From Paramecium tetraurelia (lineage: Eukaryota), in the NCBI GenBank assembly GCA_000165425.1, contig CT868540.1:434001-498000 (forward strand): a stretch of 64,000 nt of DNA, read 5' to 3'. Under the pieces are notes generated by a model. It worked only from the letters and a program-made list of their open reading frames with translations, made no database searches and was not told where the DNA came from. The translations under genes were made by a program, and so were the position numbers. The number at the start of each line of letters is the position of its first letter. The first letter of the stretch is position 1. Shown in pieces: positions 58,661 through 64,000 of the stretch.

Positions 58661-60161
58661 TCATAAAAATCCAAGTCTAGCTCTAGATTCAATTTGGTAG
58701 TTACTATATTGAGCCAATTGAGTTTATTTAATAAGACAAACCTCATCTTCTTAGTTAACAAAAGTGATGGCCTCACTTTAGCCTAATAATCGATTTAATG
58801 ATATTACAATATGCCTTATCAATTCCAATATTCTCTGTTTCTGAGTCTATTCTAAGGACTCCGAATCCCTTTAAAATAAGTAAGGTAATCAAAATGAAAA
58901 AGGCAACCCAAACAAATATAATCAGCAATCCAAACAATTACATTCCTAACAATTTACCACCATATCCATAGAAAAAACCTGCTTTGGAGTCAAAGAATGC
59001 TGACAAGAAGATTCCCAAAAATCCATTACCCTATTTGATTGGTGTAATAAGATACCAAAAACACTGGTATTACTTCTACAGGATCATCGATATGGTGCTT
59101 AGGAACTGCTTTTGCCAAAACACTGTAGACACCAGCAGCCATTAAACCATAAAAGAATGCAGTCCATGACTTTATATCATCAGTAGCAGCACTTACAGCC
59201 ACTAAAGCACTAATTATGCCTTTAGATAAGGCAATCAAACTTGTGGTTTCATATTAGAAATATCTGATGATGAAAGCAAAGAATCCTCCTGTGGCACCAG
59301 CAACCATAGTATTGACAGCAACCAATCCTTGTGTGTATTTGGAATTAGCTCCTTATGCAACAACACCTCCATTATAGAATTGCCATCCAGAAAACACCAA
59401 AATTGATCCAAAAGCAATATAAATTGGACAATGCCTTGAGAATTACAAGTTAGTGTTTGGATCAAATCTGAATCTTCTTGGTTTCAGCAATACTGTCAAA
59501 ACTAATCCAGCAACGCCTGCAGCAAAAAATATAACGCCAGCTCCTGAGAAATCCTTAAATCCCATAATTTTTAACCTTTTTACTCTCATTTAATCAATAC
59601 CATCCTTATGCTAATGTCCAATGAGCTAACCCAGCATATATGAATCCTGCATATACTATTGTTAAAATTGACCATGCCAAGAATGTCATTCGTTCTGCGG
59701 CTGCTCCAGATAACACTGAAACTCCAATAGAAGCACCAGATGCTCTAAAAACTCAACAAAGCTGAATAATAACAAAATACCAAAGTATGTATAATCATTT
59801 CCATATTGATTTGCTTCCCAATTATATCCTCCTAATTTTGTACCTCCCATAAAGTTTGTTTAGAAATCATATCCAAATGAGAATCCATACCCAAACTATA
59901 GCTATCAGCTTTATATCTTACCAACCACCATATTAAGATTGTAAGGAATAAACCCAACATCACTTTTATTACTATTGATTAAGAATTCTTATATCTCACA
60001 GATCCTGCTTCAATAAATGCAAATCCCACTTATGTCAACACTATAATAAACCCTGAAATTAGAATCCAATCATAATCAATAGTTGTTGCTTAAGGTGCTG
60101 GAATATTGGCTATAGCAGGAGGTTCTCCATTTGCATATTAATGTCTAAAAAGATGACCCAT
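58661..60161 (-). CDS. Amt/Mep ammonium transporter family protein, non-canonical pore
   Basis: QVGFAFIEAGSVRYKN, FGYGFSFG, SGAAAERM, AHW, KDFSGAG, GWQFYNGG, IDDPVE. Five introns. Confidence 0.93.
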
Positions 60162-60615
60162 ACTTTCAGCTATTAGTTTTAAATTAATTTATTTTATGAT
60201 TAAATAAATAAAAATACTAATTATATTCCATTATCCTAAATCTCACTATCGTTTCGTATTTATACTACACTCCTCACACTCATCTTATTCTGTCTTAATT
60301 TGAGGAATTTTAATGTCAGATTTTAGGAAAATGAAGACTGGAATTCTTAATAAATTTATTAAATATTATTTATGTACCAGAGAATTTAATAATCTAATAA
60401 AATGCTCTTATATATTGAAATTAATAACATTGTTCTTCTTTTAGTTAATCAAAATTGGATTCAAAAATTAATCATTATGGAAGGAATTAAGAAACCCTTC
60501 ATCAATTAGATTAGAGCTTCAGACTTGTATCTTTCTCTAAATGCTGGATATAAATTTTGTCATTTTATATATAAAAATTTGAATTTAAATTCAGAGGGAA
60601 AAATTCATATTACAA

Positions 60616-61670
60616 ATGAGCTCAGATTTTAAATAAGATGGAACTCCTTTTACTAAATTGTTTTAAAGATTAGAAAATATACATCAATCTCCTGTTTTTA
60701 ATGCTGATTGTCTCCAACACCAAGATGACATGTATATAAAAGACTAGTCCCCTGAATAAGTCTGTAAGAAATTGGAATTCACTCCATATTTGAAATCTCC
60801 CAATCAGTATTTACACTCCTTAATAAATTTTAGATTTCAACCTTATTCTCCATTAAATCATTAGACAACCAAAAAAGCAAATATATTCGTTATTTCTCCT
60901 GCCAGATAAATCAACTTTGACCACACCAAGACAGAATAACGACTTGTCAATATAAGTTCACCTCTCAGTTCAATGAAGATACCGGATGATCTATTATGCG
61001 AGGAGGAAGAGATCTTATCAGAAGATCAAGACAATCGTTCTCAATTCAGAAGTCCTCCCAAATCACCTCACAGAAAATTAGAAAGAGCTACCAAATTGAA
61101 ATTCATCAATTTCGTAACCTTAAAAAAGCCACTCAAATTTACGAGTGATTAAATAACCAATAGAAAACGTACAAGTTCTAAAAGGAGAAAACCCCAAACA
61201 GAGTAAAAACCTAAAATAATCGTATGCAATTGTAAGAAATCCAAATGTCTTAAATTATATTGTGATTGCTTTGCTGCAGGCGTAACATGTGGCAAAAATT
61301 GCAATTGCTGTTCTTGTCATAATAACGATGATCATACAAAAGAAAGAGAAACTGTTATCAAATAAATCATGGAAAGGAATCCATCGGCATTTTCGCCCTA
61401 AAGTTGAATCCAAAGTACTCCCATTATTTTAATATCAATTAGAGCAACTCAGAAGATGAATAAGACCATAAGCCAAGACATTTCAAAGGATGCAATTGTA
61501 AAAAATCGAATTGCCTTAAAAAATATTGTGAATGCTATTAAATGGGAGTCAAATGTTCTGAATTATGTAAATGTGATGAATGTAAAAATTGTGAAATGCC
61601 TGTTAAAAAAGATTCAAGAAAAAGGATTAAACATGTACACCAACATTTTAAACATACTGAAATCTATTGA
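60616..61670 (+). CDS. tesmin/TSO1-like CXC-domain protein (LIN54 family)
   Basis: [22 protein letters not shown](R)PK linker, [16 protein letters not shown]. One extra T at 61390-61393. Confidence 0.92.
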
Positions 61671-61955
61671 GTTAATGATTAAGTTTTGGGCTTTTTTTCA
61701 ATATTTTGCTATTCATTTTTTAACTTTAAATTTCATAATAAATAAATTGATTATCAACCCATAATCTATTTATATGTTACAATTAATAGTTATCTTAATT
61801 AGAATAAGATAATTCAAATTCAATCTCCAATGCCATTATAATATTTAGAAGAGTTAATAAATGTCATTTAAATTCATAATTAAAGCAATTAACAAGAAAA
61901 AAAGAATAATAAAATTTGTTTATAATCATAAATAATTCGTATATAGATTTACACC

Positions 61956-64000
61956 TCATTTTTTTTTGCCTCCTTTGGCAGTATCTCCAGCTTTTCCTGC
62001 TGCTCCAGTTGCTCCAGCACCTCCTTTAGCACCAGCTGCTGCTTTATCTTTATCACCACCCTTTCCAGCTGCTGGTTTATCATCATCATCTTCCTCTTTT
62101 CTAATAGCTGGCTTTCTTGCTATTTAATAAGTAACTAATATATATTACCCTTTGGTGTATCTTCATCATCTTCTTCTAATTCCTTGAGTCTTTATGCTTC
62201 TTCAGCTGCTGCTTCTTCTGCTAATTTCTCTTATTAAATATGCTCCAATTGATCTTCTTGGTCATTGAGATCATCATCACCAATTACATCTCCATCTCTA
62301 TTTAAAGCTGTGTATTTATTCATTAAGATGATTCTCTGTCTTTTAATACTTCTAACAATACTCCTCACATGACTCGCTGGAGGGTGCTAAATAAAAAATT
62401 ATAGCTAACATAGGCTTTATCATTTGCTGCAATTTAAATAGAGGCTACATCTATGCTGTCTAATGGTACTGCCAATTCTAATAACCATAAAGGATACTCA
62501 TCAATCTCTTTGATTTATGGGTCTTTTCTTTCTTTCCAAATATTAATTAAATCATCTGAAGTGGCGACTGCCTCTACTTTTGCTTTTTTTGGACCTCTTA
62601 TCCACATTTAATTATACTAATTTTAAACACTTCAATACAATCGATGTAGTTCTGATAAGTAATCCTAAACTTCTATACATTAAATATAATTTAATTATAT
62701 AATATTTATTAATAGTGAATATTATACTATCTAATAAATACAATTCAAAAGATGAAATATATTCAAAAAATTTCGCAGTTTTAGCAGACTGTTTTATCTT
62801 ATGATTTTTTTCCAATTTAGTATTTATGGAGTTATAACCCATCACTTGCTATAATCATTTTATCAACTTATAAAAAGCACATAAGTTTTGCAGGTTTGGA
62901 AGCATTAACCATAAGTTCATTTCCTTTATTTTCTACCAATTAATTTAATTGTGCGCTGATTTGAATTGACCCAATATATTTTTCACAAACCCAAACAAGA
63001 TAATTATCAGATAAAGTTAATGCTAAAGGTATATTATTACCATTAATTTAACATTTTTACACAATTGTAATGACTCCTATAATTATATATAATAGTAATA
63101 CCATCTTTAATATGAAAAATTGGTATTTGAGGTAGGTTCTTACTTATCCCTGCAAAGTGTTCAGATGATATCAATTATAGATTATGGATCTAAGCATCAA
63201 ATTGAAATTTAGCACTAAATTTAGTTTGGAATATTACGATTATTCATATACCAAATATTTTCCATAAATTATTAGGTTCTCGTGAGATGAAATAATCTAT
63301 TTGGTTTCATCATCATAAATCAAATCCACCACAGATCTATCCACGTCTTTGTACTTTTTAATTATAGAAGGTGGCTAAGTATCAAATGCCAATATCATAA
63401 TTTCTCCTGTTTCAGCTCCTAATATACATAGATCTTTTCTCATGTATTTCATCACCTAATAAAATCCATAATAATATTTACAGTTATCTTATCAGATTGA
63501 AAATTTTAAATTTTCTCACATTAGAATGTTTTGCTCTTCAAATTCACTCCAAAAATCTCTCCAGATTATGTGATCCCAACACATATATTTAATGTCTGCA
63601 AATATGATAAAAAAGAGACGTCTGCATTAGGATTATTTAATACTTTAAGTAAAAATGCATTCTGATACACCATTTAAGGATATTAATCTTACTCCTTCAT
63701 TTGAATAAGCCAATATTTAACTACCTGCTGAGATTATCTTCTTATGATTGCACAAATCATTAAGAGTCCCTAAATATCTCAAAGTTGTATTTTGATTAGA
63801 ATAAAATTTAATAGCTTTAGTCTATTCATTAATATGAGCTGGATGAACAGATTAATCCTTTTCACTAAAATAATTATATTATTTACTCATCCTCATAATC
63901 TGGATTCAATGCTTTTAAAGCTTAAAGCCATGTAAATCTGTTTCGTTCACTGAATTCTGTCATTCCTTAGATACATGCCTTTATTTAAGGATTTTAAATC
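61956..64000 (-). CDS. WD40-repeat protein, 5' part outside window, with acidic and G/A/K-rich tail
   Basis: Repeated beta-propeller blades (IISAGS, LGSHNLE.IFGV, CILGAETGE, VWVCE), ending ...AKGGKKK-TGA. Family call is tentative. Confidence 0.65.

Noticed and set aside
27544..61670. Functional cluster of chromatin/meiosis genes (PHD-DDT, Mei2-like, BAH-PHD, CXC)
   Set aside because: They are spread over 34 kb among unrelated genes, and these families are large in ciliates. No evidence for an operon-like system.

Overview
AT-rich, gene-dense eukaryotic DNA from a ciliate macronuclear chromosome, most likely Paramecium. Conserved genes read through only if TAA/TAG encode Gln and TGA is the sole stop (ciliate code 6). 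Introns are tiny (about 20-30 nt, GT...AG), and a trichocyst matrix protein gene is present. The supplied ORF track treats TAA/TAG as stops, so it is mostly fragments or antisense noise. I translated by hand and support about 35 protein-coding genes: aspartic protease, three kinases or pseudokinases, arrestin, Spinster-type MFS, ATG8, TMP, ARMC9, NNT, a PHD-DDT-WSD-PHD protein, Mei2-like RRM, cNMP-binding protein, MON2, BAH-PHD, CTD phosphatase, DUF2039, claudin-like, A20/AN1, STPG repeat, Amt, CXC/LIN54 and WD40. I saw no tRNA, rRNA, CRISPR, telomeric repeat or intact transposon. I cannot support a new multi-gene system. The best leads are an Amt lacking both pore histidines, about 12 single-base insertions in an otherwise pristine NNT (probably assembly error), a candidate intronization event over a PP1 SILK motif, and chromatin readers relevant to programmed DNA elimination. 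All family calls are by motif recognition, not database search.
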